A DNA stretch of 54,179 bases from Dehalococcoidia bacterium (GTDB lineage Bacteria > Chloroflexota > Dehalococcoidia > Lucifugimonadales > UBA3495): NCBI GenBank assembly GCA_030740155.1, contig JASLXV010000050.1, positions 1-54,179 on the forward strand, in the 5' to 3' direction. The notes under the pieces are model-generated. The model did not search any database. It saw only the letters and a list, made by a program, of their open reading frames with translations, and had not been told where the DNA came from. Position numbers and translations under genes: made by a program. Each line of letters opens with the position of its first letter. Position 1 is the stretch's first letter. Of this stretch, positions 1 through 9,319 are shown in pieces.

Positions 1-444
1 GCTCAGGTGAGGATCATTGCCCGTATGGTGGAGCGCCGACCGCGACTGGCCTCGATGCCTGGGAGACCGATACCGGTGGTAAGGTGATTATCGTGAGGTC
101 TCGCGGCGGAACTCAGGTCCGGGATCGACGAGAAGGCGGCCGGGGATGATGCCCTAGGCCACGGAGAGACGGCTGTAGGGGCCAGGCCATGGTGTGAGGG
201 GCTGGTTTCGGGTCCAACGGGGTTGATGGCAGTTGCTGGCAGTGCCCCCGGACTCGGTCCCAGAGGTAGCACGACCGATCCCACTAGGCTGGGTCTAGGC
301 GGCGCTTTGGGCCACTCGGGGAGTGCTAATCTCGAGACCGCCCCCGAGTTTGGGCTGATAGGGCAACGCATACACTCCGATCAGCCAGCGTCGGCGCATA
401 GGTGGTGACCGCCAGGTCAACTCGCTCCGGTACTGCGCCCTGGT

Positions 445-1752
445 TCATTTCCAGCCCCCACCACGCTTAACAATGAGGTCCTCGTTCATGCCCCCGTACC
501 ACGCAGGCTCCAAGCACCACGCCACGAAGCCTTCCCAATCCTCAGGCGTCTTGCACCGAGATACCCTAACCTCGAAAGACTCCAGGCGCTCTGTGACCTT
601 CCAAGCTGCTTCGCCCCGGTTAGCATCTGACTCAAGAAATTCGCGGACGATTGGTTTGTTCTCGATCAGGAACCGCCGGTAAGGCGCAGGCACGGCCTCA
701 AGAGCTTTGTGATAGCGTTTTGCTGCCGGAGTGTAGATTTCCAGCGCGATGTCGGCCTCGATCACCTGGGCCAAGCTCCAACGCTTTCGGTCTTGGTTTT
801 CCCTGAACTGGGTCATGGAATCGCTGACCCTCGGAGGTAGGGCGAAAGGAGGGGTTCTGGGTAGGTCGGGCACACCCAGAAGCCAACGTCGCCTGGCAGC
901 CTCGCCCTCTTTAACCAGCTTGAAGTCGGCCCACAAGGCCGCAAGCTCCTGCTTCGCTTCGGCGTAGCTCGCATCCTGCTTCAGGTCATTCAGATACCGC
1001 CGGGCGAAGTTCTCCACCGTCTCAAGAAAATCGGCCTTGACCAGCTCGTAGCCGTCGTCATCAAAGTCATCTGAGCCAAGACCGACATGGGTGAGCAGGT
1101 CTTCTGCCGCCTGGTGCTCGGTCATGATCTCCTGGATGAGGCGAGCGCACAATTGGCTGTAATATACCTCCCCCTTATTGTTACAAGAAGATAGGGACTT
1201 AGCTGTTACAGATCCCAGGCATTCAACCATGCGGCCATCGAGCCCCGCTTGGGCCGACCGAACGAGAAGTTCAGCCAGATCGCCGTCGTTCAAGACCGCC
1301 CCGGTGCCGCCAAACTCACCATCCTCGCTGTCGGCCTTGAAGGGGGCCAACAAGAGGTATTCGTCACCCATACGAATCCGGTAGGTCAGGTTCCAGGCCA
1401 AACGCGAATCACTCCGCCGCACTCTGAAGTAGAACTCCCGCCAGGGAGATTCGGGCACCCTAGAATAGACGTAGATAGGCCCTACGGTGGTACCCCATCG
1501 TCTTAGACGGAAGAAGATCCGGAACGCCCATTCGCGTGGGCACTTAGCAACATGTCGCCTGTGCCGGAACGCTCCACCAAGGGCTGGAACTTGATAGAGA
1601 TCATTCGAGCAGTTGCAAGCCAAAGTTCTCAACCGTTCGGGGAGGTTTCGGTTCCCGAACTTCCGCTTGCCAAGGTTCAAGGGCGGGCCTAGCTGCCCCC
1701 ATCTGGGGCTGCCATCAGTGGTGATGTCCCGATCTCGCATTGGTGACTCCAT
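445..1752 (-). CDS. Hypothetical protein (435 aa), possibly horizontally acquired
   Basis: Long open frame with a charged helical C-terminal half. No family recognised. Codon usage looks less GC3-biased than neighbouring genes. Start uncertain. Confidence 0.6.
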   Translation of the reverse strand: MESPMRDRDITTDGSPRWGQLGPPLNLGKRKFGNRNLPERLRTLACNCSNDLYQVPALGGAFRHRRHVAKCPREWAFRIFFRLRRWGTTVGPIYVYSRVPESPWREFYFRVRRSDSRLAWNLTYRIRMGDEYLLLAPFKADSEDGEFGGTGAVLNDGDLAELLVRSAQAGLDGRMVECLGSVTAKSLSSCNNKGEVYYSQLCARLIQEIMTEHQAAEDLLTHVGLGSDDFDDDGYELVKADFLETVENFARRYLNDLKQDASYAEAKQELAALWADFKLVKEGEAARRRWLLGVPDLPRTPPFALPPRVSDSMTQFRENQDRKRWSLAQVIEADIALEIYTPAAKRYHKALEAVPAPYRRFLIENKPIVREFLESDANRGEAAWKVTERLESFEVRVSRCKTPEDWEGFVAWCLEPAWYGGMNEDLIVKRGGGWK

Positions 1753-2069
1753 TCCCCGCTACCTGGGGTCAGTAGCAGCGCCCCAGGTGGCATTTTCTCA
1801 GGGTGCGTCAGGGTCGTTTGGGGCAGCACTCAGCGCACCTGGCCGCCGCACCGCGCCATCCGGTCAAGCAGGTTCCAACGCCTCCAAGCTCACAGAGTGG
1901 CCTGAACCACAGCCTCCGCCGCTGCCCGTTACCACGGGCCCGGAATTCGACAAATGAGCCCGGGAGCGGTCGCGCAAGAAACGTCGAAATCTGAAAGAAG
2001 TCCTGTGTGTCGGTCATGCTGGCAACGCCTGAAGGGATGTTGCTATTGGCAGGGGCACGTTGAGACGGA

Positions 2070-3122
2070 ATGCCAGGCATTCAGTTCTATAAGCAGAACA
2101 TGACCGAGTTCGGCACCACGAGCCTCTCCCATGCCTTCGAAACCGCCCGCAATCCCTGGGACCTGGAACGGTACACCGGCGGCTCCAGCAGCGGCTCGGG
2201 CGGTGCCACCGCCGCTTTCCTTTGCGCCGCGGCCTTGGGCGAGGATACCGGAGGCTCGATCCGCGCCCCGGCAGCCTGGTGCGGCCTGGTGGGGCTCCGG
2301 CCCACCTGGGGCTTGGTCAGCCGCTACGGCCTGAGAACGGGCATGTGGTCCATGGATACCATCGGTCCTCTCACCCGCACGGCCGAGGATTGCGCCATCA
2401 TCCTCCAGGCCATAGCCGGCCACGATCCCAGGGACCGCTACTCGTCGACCCTCCCGGTACCCGACTACCGGCGGGCCCTGGATGGAAATATCCGGGGCCT
2501 CAGGGTGGGCGTGGTGAAGGAGCTAGCGCAGGCCGAGGCGGTCGTCCCGGAGGTAGGGGACGCCGTGTCTTTGGCCACCGGCGTTCTGGGCGAACTGGGG
2601 GCCACCGTGGAGGAAATCTCCATCCCCCTCGCCAGCCATGCCCGCACGATTTCCGACACCTTGAGAATCCAAGCACCGACCAACTACCGGGACCTGCTGC
2701 GGCACCGGCTCCGGGACATAAGACACGACAACCGGATCTCGTATCTCACCTGGAGCCTGATTCCGGCCCTGGCCTACTACAAGGCGGAGAAGCTGCGCGC
2801 GCTCCTCCGGCGGCAGGTGCTGGAGGCGCTTCAGAGGGTGGACGTGCTGGTTTCACCAACGTCGGCGGTGCCGGCTTTGAAAATCGAGCCGGACCAGGCC
2901 ATCGACGGCAAGAAGAAAGGCAGCCGCAACCCCTGGGGCCTCACCCCCACTTTCAGCCTGGCCAGCGTTCCCGCTCTCAGCATCTGTTGCGGGTTCACGT
3001 CCGAGAATCTCCCCATCGGGCTCCAGGTTGCGGGGGCGCCCTTCCAGGAGGAGACGATGTTGAGGTTGGCCCACGCCTACGAACAGAACACCCCCTGGCA
3101 CACCCGGAAGCCGCCCCTCTAG
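2070..3122 (+). pseudogene. 5'-truncated amidase-signature (GatA-like) amidase
   Basis: Contains GGSSSGS and LGEDTGGSIRAPAAWCG motifs and the C-terminal LPIGLQVAG...YEQ. Homology begins abruptly at KQNMTEF (~2091). The usual N-terminal region carrying the catalytic Lys is absent. Confidence 0.7.
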
Positions 3123-3226
3123 CATCATGTGTGGCGTCCCCGGCCTCACTTTTTTCAGGCAGGCCCGAGGGTCCGGGTAGCTCGCCGGTCAAGCTGACAT
3201 TCGTGGCCCAAAAAGAGACATCTTCT

Positions 3227-4645
3227 CTACCGCACCGGGCCGCCGATGGGAGCCCTGGGGCCCTCACAGGACAGGAACCGGCCGTAGCCGGGCTTCTGCT
3301 CCAGTTTGCCCTGGTTCAGCAAAACCTGCCCCCGCAGCAGCGTCATCCACGGACGGCCTTTGACCTGCCACCCCTCGAACAAGCTGTAGCCCGCGTTGCT
3401 CTGATGGTCCTTGGCCGTGATGATCCGGTCCCCGGCCGGGTCCATGATCAGCAGGTCGGCGTCCGAGCCTACCTGGATTGTCCCTTTTCGCGGATAGAGG
3501 CCAAAGATCCGGGCTGGGTTCTCCGACATTACCCGAGCCAGCCACCATATGGGCAGCTCCCTCTTGACCACCCCCTCGCTGTACATCAGCGACACGATCG
3601 TCTCAATCCCGGGGGAGCCAAAGGGGACCGATGCGCCGTCGGGCGTCACGAAGATATTGTCCCAGCCCACCTGCTTGAGGTCATAGGGATACGGCGCGTG
3701 GTCACTGGAGACTATCGACGTTTGCCCGAGTTCCAGCCCCCGCCACAGGGCTTCCCGGTCGGGCCCACCATCAGGCCGCAAGGGAGGCCCGATTTTGGCC
3801 AGCGGCCCCTTGCTGGCCATCTCCGCGTCCGAGAGCAGCAGATAGTGGGGACAGGTCTCCGTCCATACTGTTTGGCCGATAGCCTGGGCCCGCTTTATTC
3901 GCTCCAGACCGAGCTGGGTGCTGAGGTGGACCACGTAGGTCGGGCACCTGGTTGCCGCACCCATCTGGATCGCCCGATTGATGGCCTCCTCCTCGGCCCA
4001 ATCCGGGCAGGCCGCGGGGAAATCCGTGGGATGGGTGTGCCCTTCGGCAATTAGCTTGTTCTCCAGGTATTCAATGATGTTGCCGCTTTCGCAGTGAAGC
4101 TGCAGCAGCCCGCCGCCGGCGGCCACCATCTCCATGGTCTTGCAGATGTAGTCGTCATCGCACATGCGGTACGGGCGCTTCTTGTAGGTCATGAACATCT
4201 TGTAGGACTTGACCCCCAACTCCATGGCCTGGCGGAGCCCGTTCAGGATGCTGGGCCGGTTTTGCAGGATGAAGTGGAAGCCAAAGTCCACCAACGCAGC
4301 GGCATTCACCTCCTCCCTGGTGCGGTGAATGGCGGCAGGCAGAGGCTCATCGGCCTCTACATCGTAGTTGCCAAATGGGATCAGTGTCGTCAGCCCGGCG
4401 TAGGCCGCGGCCCGGGAACCCAGGGCGTAGTCGTCAATGCGGTCCAGGTGGACGTGACAGTCGATCAGTCCCGGCAGCACCAGTTTCCCCTCGGCATCGA
4501 TGTACCGGTCCGCCGGGGGCAGCAGCGATTCAGGACCCAGGGCGACGATCTTTTCACCGGAGATGGCGATGGCTGCGTCGTAGACCTGAGACGAGGTGAC
4601 CACTTGGCCACCACGCACGATGGTGTCCACTCTAGCGTCGGGCAT
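3227..4645 (-). CDS. Dihydropyrimidinase/allantoinase-like cyclic amidohydrolase
   Basis: PGLIDCHVH metal motif, KMFMTY (carbamylated Lys), LHCE, VVHLS, ETCPHYL, SSDHAP and GSDAD. Start set at the ATG at 4645 (MPDARVD). Confidence 0.9.
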   Translation of the reverse strand: MPDARVDTIVRGGQVVTSSQVYDAAIAISGEKIVALGPESLLPPADRYIDAEGKLVLPGLIDCHVHLDRIDDYALGSRAAAYAGLTTLIPFGNYDVEADEPLPAAIHRTREEVNAAALVDFGFHFILQNRPSILNGLRQAMELGVKSYKMFMTYKKRPYRMCDDDYICKTMEMVAAGGGLLQLHCESGNIIEYLENKLIAEGHTHPTDFPAACPDWAEEEAINRAIQMGAATRCPTYVVHLSTQLGLERIKRAQAIGQTVWTETCPHYLLLSDAEMASKGPLAKIGPPLRPDGGPDREALWRGLELGQTSIVSSDHAPYPYDLKQVGWDNIFVTPDGASVPFGSPGIETIVSLMYSEGVVKRELPIWWLARVMSENPARIFGLYPRKGTIQVGSDADLLIMDPAGDRIITAKDHQSNAGYSLFEGWQVKGRPWMTLLRGQVLLNQGKLEQKPGYGRFLSCEGPRAPIGGPVR

Positions 4646-4819
4646 ACTAACCCTCCCGGTTGGAAGCGCGCGGGGTAACCCCAAGCGGCATCCATATTCA
4701 GTTTCCAGGCTTCAGTTTCCAGGACCCGATTCCAAGTCCCGAGACTTGAAGAGGAGCATAACAAGAAAGTCCCGCCGGAATCAATTCAAGAAACTGCCAA
4801 ACGTGCCCCCGGCGGCGCG

Positions 4820-4848
4820 TTGACACAGGGATGAGCCCGGCTTACACT
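4820..4848 (+). promoter_or_regulatory. Sigma70-type promoter for the SDR gene
   Basis: TTGACA-N17-TACACT about 40 nt upstream of the SDR start. Confidence 0.6.
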
Positions 4849-4887
4849 CTGGAAAATGCTCAGCCAAGAATGGGGGCGGAGTGGTGT

Positions 4888-5670
4888 ATGGTGCTGGTCA
4901 ATAGGGTTGCCCTCGTAACCGGCGCCGCCCGCGGCATGGGAAAGGCTATTGCCCTGGCGTTGGCGGAGGCGGGAGCCCACGTGGCCGCGGTGGATATCGA
5001 CGGCCCGGGGGCCGAGAGTACGGGAATAGCGGTGCGTGAGCTGGGGCGGCAAAGCCTGGCCATCGAGGCCGACGTGGGCAGCGTGGACGAGATCGACCGC
5101 ATCGTCAAAGAGACGGTGGATCTCTTTAGCCGCGTCGACATTCTGGTGAACAACGCGGGGGTGACCCGCTATCTGGACCTCATGGAGGTCGCGGAGGCGG
5201 ACTGGGACCGGATCCACCGGGTCAACGCCAAAGGGGTCTTCTTCTGTATGCAGCGGGTGGCCGGGGAGCTGATCAAACAGGGCGAGGGCGGGCGCATCAT
5301 AAACATCGCCTCGATCGCCGGCAAGGGTTACTCCGGAACTTCCAACGCAGCCTACGCGGCCAGCAAAGGGGCCGTCATCTCCATGACCCACATCGCAGCC
5401 CTCCAACTGGGCCGCCACGACATTAACGTTAACGCTATCTGCCCGGGCATGACCCGCACGGCCATGTCCCTGACTACCATGGCGCAGCGGGCCGAATCCA
5501 TGGGGGTGACGGCGGGGGAACTGGAGGCCCAGAGGGCCACCCGAGTACCCATAGGCCGGACCAATGAACCCGAGGACATCGCCGCCATGGCGGTCTTTCT
5601 GGCTGGGCCCGGAGCCCGCAACATCACCGGACAGGCGTTCAACGTCGACGGTGGTCTGGTGATGCACTAA
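4888..5670 (+). CDS. Short-chain dehydrogenase/reductase (classical SDR)
   Basis: TGAARGMG, NNAG, S...YAASK catalytic motif, ITGQAFNVDGG. ATG at 4888 follows a GGAG RBS. Confidence 0.93.
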   Translation: MVLVNRVALVTGAARGMGKAIALALAEAGAHVAAVDIDGPGAESTGIAVRELGRQSLAIEADVGSVDEIDRIVKETVDLFSRVDILVNNAGVTRYLDLMEVAEADWDRIHRVNAKGVFFCMQRVAGELIKQGEGGRIINIASIAGKGYSGTSNAAYAASKGAVISMTHIAALQLGRHDINVNAICPGMTRTAMSLTTMAQRAESMGVTAGELEAQRATRVPIGRTNEPEDIAAMAVFLAGPGARNITGQAFNVDGGLVMH

Positions 5671-5677
5671 TCACGTT

Positions 5678-7000
5678 TTGGCTTCCGGCGCATGGGGGTG
5701 GAAAGTGACAGTAAGGCCAAGGCTCCTGGTTCTCACGATGGTAGGGCTCGTTGTAATGGCCCTCGCTTTCCTTGAATCGGGCTCTCTCGGACTCAAGCCG
5801 GTCGCCGGCTCTCCGGGGCCTAGGATTCTGGCCGCCACACTGTCGTTGGTGCCGTCCACGGCCATCCCAAACCAGTCTATCGTCGTGAACCGCTCCGGGT
5901 TCACCCTCTCTTCCATCCCTGGAGGCGCCGGGCCCAGCGGGGGCCATCAGATCACCGGGACGGACGCCAGTTTCGTCGTAGTTGCGGGCATTCAGTTGGG
6001 GCCTCCCCACGTAATCTACCCCATCAACCTGGATAGCGGCGGCTCGCTGACGGCCACGGTATGGGTGCCCGTCACTTTGGCGACGCTTTCGGCAGGTCCC
6101 GAGACTGTAACACTCACCGACGATCGTGGCGCAACCGCGTCGGCCACCCTGACCATTTCAGCGCGCACACTTACGCTGGACCCCAGCACCAGCACCCGGG
6201 GCAGCACCGTGACTGCCACGGGGACCGGGTTTCCCACCGGCGATCCCAACAGCCCGGGGTCCTTCCCGTTGAGTATGGATTACGCTGGAACAGCCTTGGG
6301 CCTGGTGACTGCCGACAGCACCGGCGCCTTCACGACCACTTTCACGGTCCCCGTCACCGCGAGCATACCTTCGACGAACACCGTGACCGCCCTGGTCCTG
6401 GACAAACCGGCCTCCACCACCGCCGCCCACACGGTGCCCGGGCCATCCGCCGAGGCGATCCCAGCTCTCGGTTCTGTTGGCGGATTTATCACCGCGGCCG
6501 GTACGAATTTTCCGGCCTTTTCCACGGTCAGTTCCCTCGCCATCGGCCCCGTCCAGGTCCTGCCCTTGCCCGCTCCCAACACGGATCCGAGCGGCGGCTT
6601 CGCCGTTGCCGTCCAGGTGCCCAACATCCCCGCCGGTAACACGACACTTCTGGCCAAGGCCGGAGGCATCACCGCCATAGTCTTATTCACCGTGGTGGAA
6701 TCGGGGCAGGCCGCGGCGCCTACGAGGACTCCCACGCCGACTCCGGTGCCCTCGATCCCGCCGGCCGTCGCGTTGGAGCCGCTGTTGACCTCCGACAACC
6801 TATTACGGATGTGGACCTTTGACAACGCCACCAAGGTATGGTCTTTCTTCGACCCTCGCCCCGCCTTCGCCGATGTCAACACCATCACCGGAGTGCAGCC
6901 CGGCCTGGTCTTCTGGATCAATCTGGTCTTCGACCAGACGGTAATCCTCAACGGCAGGCTACGCAATCTGAACAGTGGGTGGAACTTGGTGTCCTGGTAA
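5678..7000 (+). CDS. Secreted/surface Thr-Pro-rich beta-sandwich (Ig/IPT-like) protein with aromatic C-terminal domain
   Basis: N-terminal hydrophobic segment, repeated GSTVTxTGTxF-type strands, a PTPTP linker and a C-terminal WTFDNATKVWSFFDPRP...GWNLVSW domain. True start probably 5705-5738. Confidence 0.75.
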   Translation: MASGAWGWKVTVRPRLLVLTMVGLVVMALAFLESGSLGLKPVAGSPGPRILAATLSLVPSTAIPNQSIVVNRSGFTLSSIPGGAGPSGGHQITGTDASFVVVAGIQLGPPHVIYPINLDSGGSLTATVWVPVTLATLSAGPETVTLTDDRGATASATLTISARTLTLDPSTSTRGSTVTATGTGFPTGDPNSPGSFPLSMDYAGTALGLVTADSTGAFTTTFTVPVTASIPSTNTVTALVLDKPASTTAAHTVPGPSAEAIPALGSVGGFITAAGTNFPAFSTVSSLAIGPVQVLPLPAPNTDPSGGFAVAVQVPNIPAGNTTLLAKAGGITAIVLFTVVESGQAAAPTRTPTPTPVPSIPPAVALEPLLTSDNLLRMWTFDNATKVWSFFDPRPAFADVNTITGVQPGLVFWINLVFDQTVILNGRLRNLNSGWNLVSW

Positions 7001-7346
7001 GAGCCGAGCGCTCCGGCTGCCGGGCTATCGGTGATTCTCCGCCTGCCATCCGAGCAAGAGCCATACCCGATGTCGGTCTTGGTCGCAAAATAGCGTGACT
7101 TTCGGTGATCGTCGCCCAACTTTTAGCGCAACCGGTGGAGGGTCACACACGGGCTGAACCTGCGGTATTGTTTAGCTCAGAGATTTTTCATGGGATTCTC
7201 GGGGCCGGCGCCAACCCGAAGCAACCGGAATCCCCGGGTCCCGCGGATTCATCAGGGGCGAGTGAGTGAGCGAGCAGGGTCACTAGTGTACTGTCTCGTA
7301 AGCAGCTTCACATCGGCGAATTTGTGCAGCATTCCCTCCCCACAAT

Positions 7347-7413
7347 CGTCTTTCCGGCGAAAGCCGGAATCCAGGGGAGCGCTAACTGGATCCCGGCCTT
7401 CGCCGGGATGACG
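7347..7413. repeat. REP-like palindromic unit, copy 1
   Basis: CGTCTTTCCGGCGAAAGCCGGAATCCAG...CTGGATCCCGGCCTTCGCCGGGATGACG, 67 nt, two inverted hairpin arms. Confidence 0.8.
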
Positions 7414-7476
7414 GATCGGGTACCGGGTCGGTAACGAGTTATTAGCCCAGGTGTTCTCCCGCGTCACCCCCACGGC

Positions 7477-7543
7477 CGTCTTTCCGGCGAAGACCGGAAC
7501 CCAGGTAAGCGCGGACTGGACCCCGGCCTTCGCCGGGGTGACG
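7477..7543. repeat. REP-like palindromic unit, copy 2
   Basis: CGTCTTTCCGGCGAAGACCGGAACCCAG...CTGGACCCCGGCCTTCGCCGGGGTGACG, a 67-nt direct copy of 7347-7413 at a 130-nt period. Confidence 0.8.
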
Positions 7544-7576
7544 GATTGGGTATCAAGCTATTTACGAGACACCAGA

Positions 7577-9319
7577 CTAGCTGTTGCCTGCGACCCCCTG
7601 GCAGTAGGGACAACGCAGCTCCGCGGCATTGGCCACACCGTAATCGGCCGCCGCGCGAACCTCTGATACGTAGCCATTCACCACGTCGCTCGCCAGCCGG
7701 TCCACGTCCCGCCGGCCGGGGTCCCCGTATCCGCCGGCGCCAGCTATCTCATACCACACGCAGCTTTCGTCGGGGACGGGGAACGCGGGGCCTTTGCTGT
7801 TCAGCGGCCTCTTCCGGCCATCGGGGCCCACTAGATAGACCTTGGTAGGAGCGCCGGAGAGCCCGCCGAAGAGACCGAAGGGCGCGGACTTGGTGCGCTC
7901 GCAGCACACGGCGGCCACGGCGGTGTGGCCCAGGACGCGCCAGACCCGGCGCACGCCGCAACCGCCCCGGTACTCTCCGGCCCCGCCGCTATCCGGGATG
8001 ATCTCGTACCGGTCGATGAGAACGGGGAACCGCATTTCTAGCTGCTCGATGGGCGTGTTCATGGTGTTGCTGATGCCGCTCTTCACCGCGTTGATCCCGT
8101 CCTGGTTGGGCCGCGCACCCATCCCGCCGCCCATGGTCTCGTAGCTCACGTACCGCCGCCGGGTCACCGGGTCCTGGCCGCCCAGGGTCAGTATGGCCGA
8201 GGTCCCCTGGGAGCAGGCGAGCACCCTGTTGGGGTAGCCGGGGGCCACCGCGCCGAAGACCATGTCGCAGATGCGGTGGGTCATCTCGTGATTGGCGTAG
8301 ACCACGGGGGCCGGAGGCAGGACGTTGACCACGCTGCCTAGTGGAGCCGTCACGTCGATGGGCCGCCAGGCGCCCGAGTTGGGCGGGATCAGGTCGTTGG
8401 GGTCGACGATCATCTTGACGGCGGTGTACACCCCCGAGGCGGTAACCGCCAGGGGAGCGTTCATCGGACCCTCGACCTGGGGATCGCTGCCCGTAAAATC
8501 GATGGTCATCCGGTCTCCGCTCTTGGTGACCTTGAGCTTCACGTTGATGATCTCGTCCTCGGTCTGGCCCACGCCGATAATGCCGTCGCCGTCGCAAAAA
8601 TCCTCGAAGTGGAACTCGCCGTCCTCCAACCGCTCTAGCTGAGCCCGCATCATGCGCTCGGAGTAGTCCTGGACCTCCTGCATGGCTGCCATCACCATTT
8701 CCACGCCGTATCTGCGTGAAATCTCCCGGACCCGGACCGCGCCCCGGTAGTTGGCGGCAATCTGGGCCCTCAGGTCGCCGCGCCGCTCCTCAGGGGTCCG
8801 TACATTGACGAATATGATGCTGTCGACGTCGGTGTTCAAGGCGCCGGCCGTGTAGAGCCGCACTGCCGGGAGCCGCAGCCCCTCGCCGTATATCTCCGAG
8901 ACCGCCCCGTAGCTGCCGGGACTGGCGCTTCCGATATCCGGCCAGTGGGCCCTCACGCAGGTGAACCCCAGCAGCATCCGCTCGTCCAGGTAGATGGGAG
9001 CGACCACGTTGACATCCGGGAGATGCGACCCGCCGAAGTACGGGTCATTGTGAATAAATATGTCCCCCGGAGCGAAGCTCTCGAACGTGGCCAGGATCGC
9101 CTTCACCGTCAAGGGCATGGAGCCCAGGTGAATGGGGATGTCCGGGCCCTGGGCGACCATGTTGCCCGAAACGTCGAAGATGCCGCAGGAGTAGTCGCCG
9201 GCCAGCTTGAGGAGCGGAGAGTAGGCGGTTTTGGCCAGGACGATCTTCATCTCCTCGGCGGCGGAGATCAGGCTGTTCTTGATCACTTGAAAGGTGATCG
9301 GATCAAGGTTGTCCCTCAT
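7577..9319 (-). CDS. hyuB: Hydantoinase B/5-oxoprolinase subunit B family protein
   Basis: DPITFQVI, DYSCGIFD, HLGSM, NDPYFGGSHLPD, HWPDIG, NTPIEQLE, DSGGAGEYRGG, GAGGYGDP. ATGA overlap with the hyuA stop. Confidence 0.92.
   Translation of the reverse strand: MRDNLDPITFQVIKNSLISAAEEMKIVLAKTAYSPLLKLAGDYSCGIFDVSGNMVAQGPDIPIHLGSMPLTVKAILATFESFAPGDIFIHNDPYFGGSHLPDVNVVAPIYLDERMLLGFTCVRAHWPDIGSASPGSYGAVSEIYGEGLRLPAVRLYTAGALNTDVDSIIFVNVRTPEERRGDLRAQIAANYRGAVRVREISRRYGVEMVMAAMQEVQDYSERMMRAQLERLEDGEFHFEDFCDGDGIIGVGQTEDEIINVKLKVTKSGDRMTIDFTGSDPQVEGPMNAPLAVTASGVYTAVKMIVDPNDLIPPNSGAWRPIDVTAPLGSVVNVLPPAPVVYANHEMTHRICDMVFGAVAPGYPNRVLACSQGTSAILTLGGQDPVTRRRYVSYETMGGGMGARPNQDGINAVKSGISNTMNTPIEQLEMRFPVLIDRYEIIPDSGGAGEYRGGCGVRRVWRVLGHTAVAAVCCERTKSAPFGLFGGLSGAPTKVYLVGPDGRKRPLNSKGPAFPVPDESCVWYEIAGAGGYGDPGRRDVDRLASDVVNGYVSEVRAAADYGVANAAELRCPYCQGVAGNS

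Larger units (their letters stand above)
7283..7580. mobile_element. MITE-like non-autonomous element bounded by CTAG and imperfect terminal inverted repeats
   Basis: Left end CTAGTGTACTGTCTCGTAAGCAGCTT (7283-7308) versus reverse complement of right end CTAGTCTGGTGTCTCGTAAATAGCTT (7555-7580): 21/26 identical. No transposase inside. Confidence 0.65.

Noticed and set aside
445..447. TGA ending the 435-aa orphan as a fourth Sec codon
   Set aside because: No redox motif, no shared recoding context, and no convincing hairpin at the expected offset.
2222..4054. Long alternative-frame and antisense ORFs (e.g. 2222-4054 +, 19356-20459 -, 47079-48302 -, 50311-51426 -)
   Set aside because: They overlap well-supported genes and have Arg/Pro/Gly-rich or antisense-shadow composition typical of high-GC DNA.
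7347..7543. CRISPR array
   Set aside because: Only two 67-nt palindromic units and no cas genes. This fits REP-like repeats instead.
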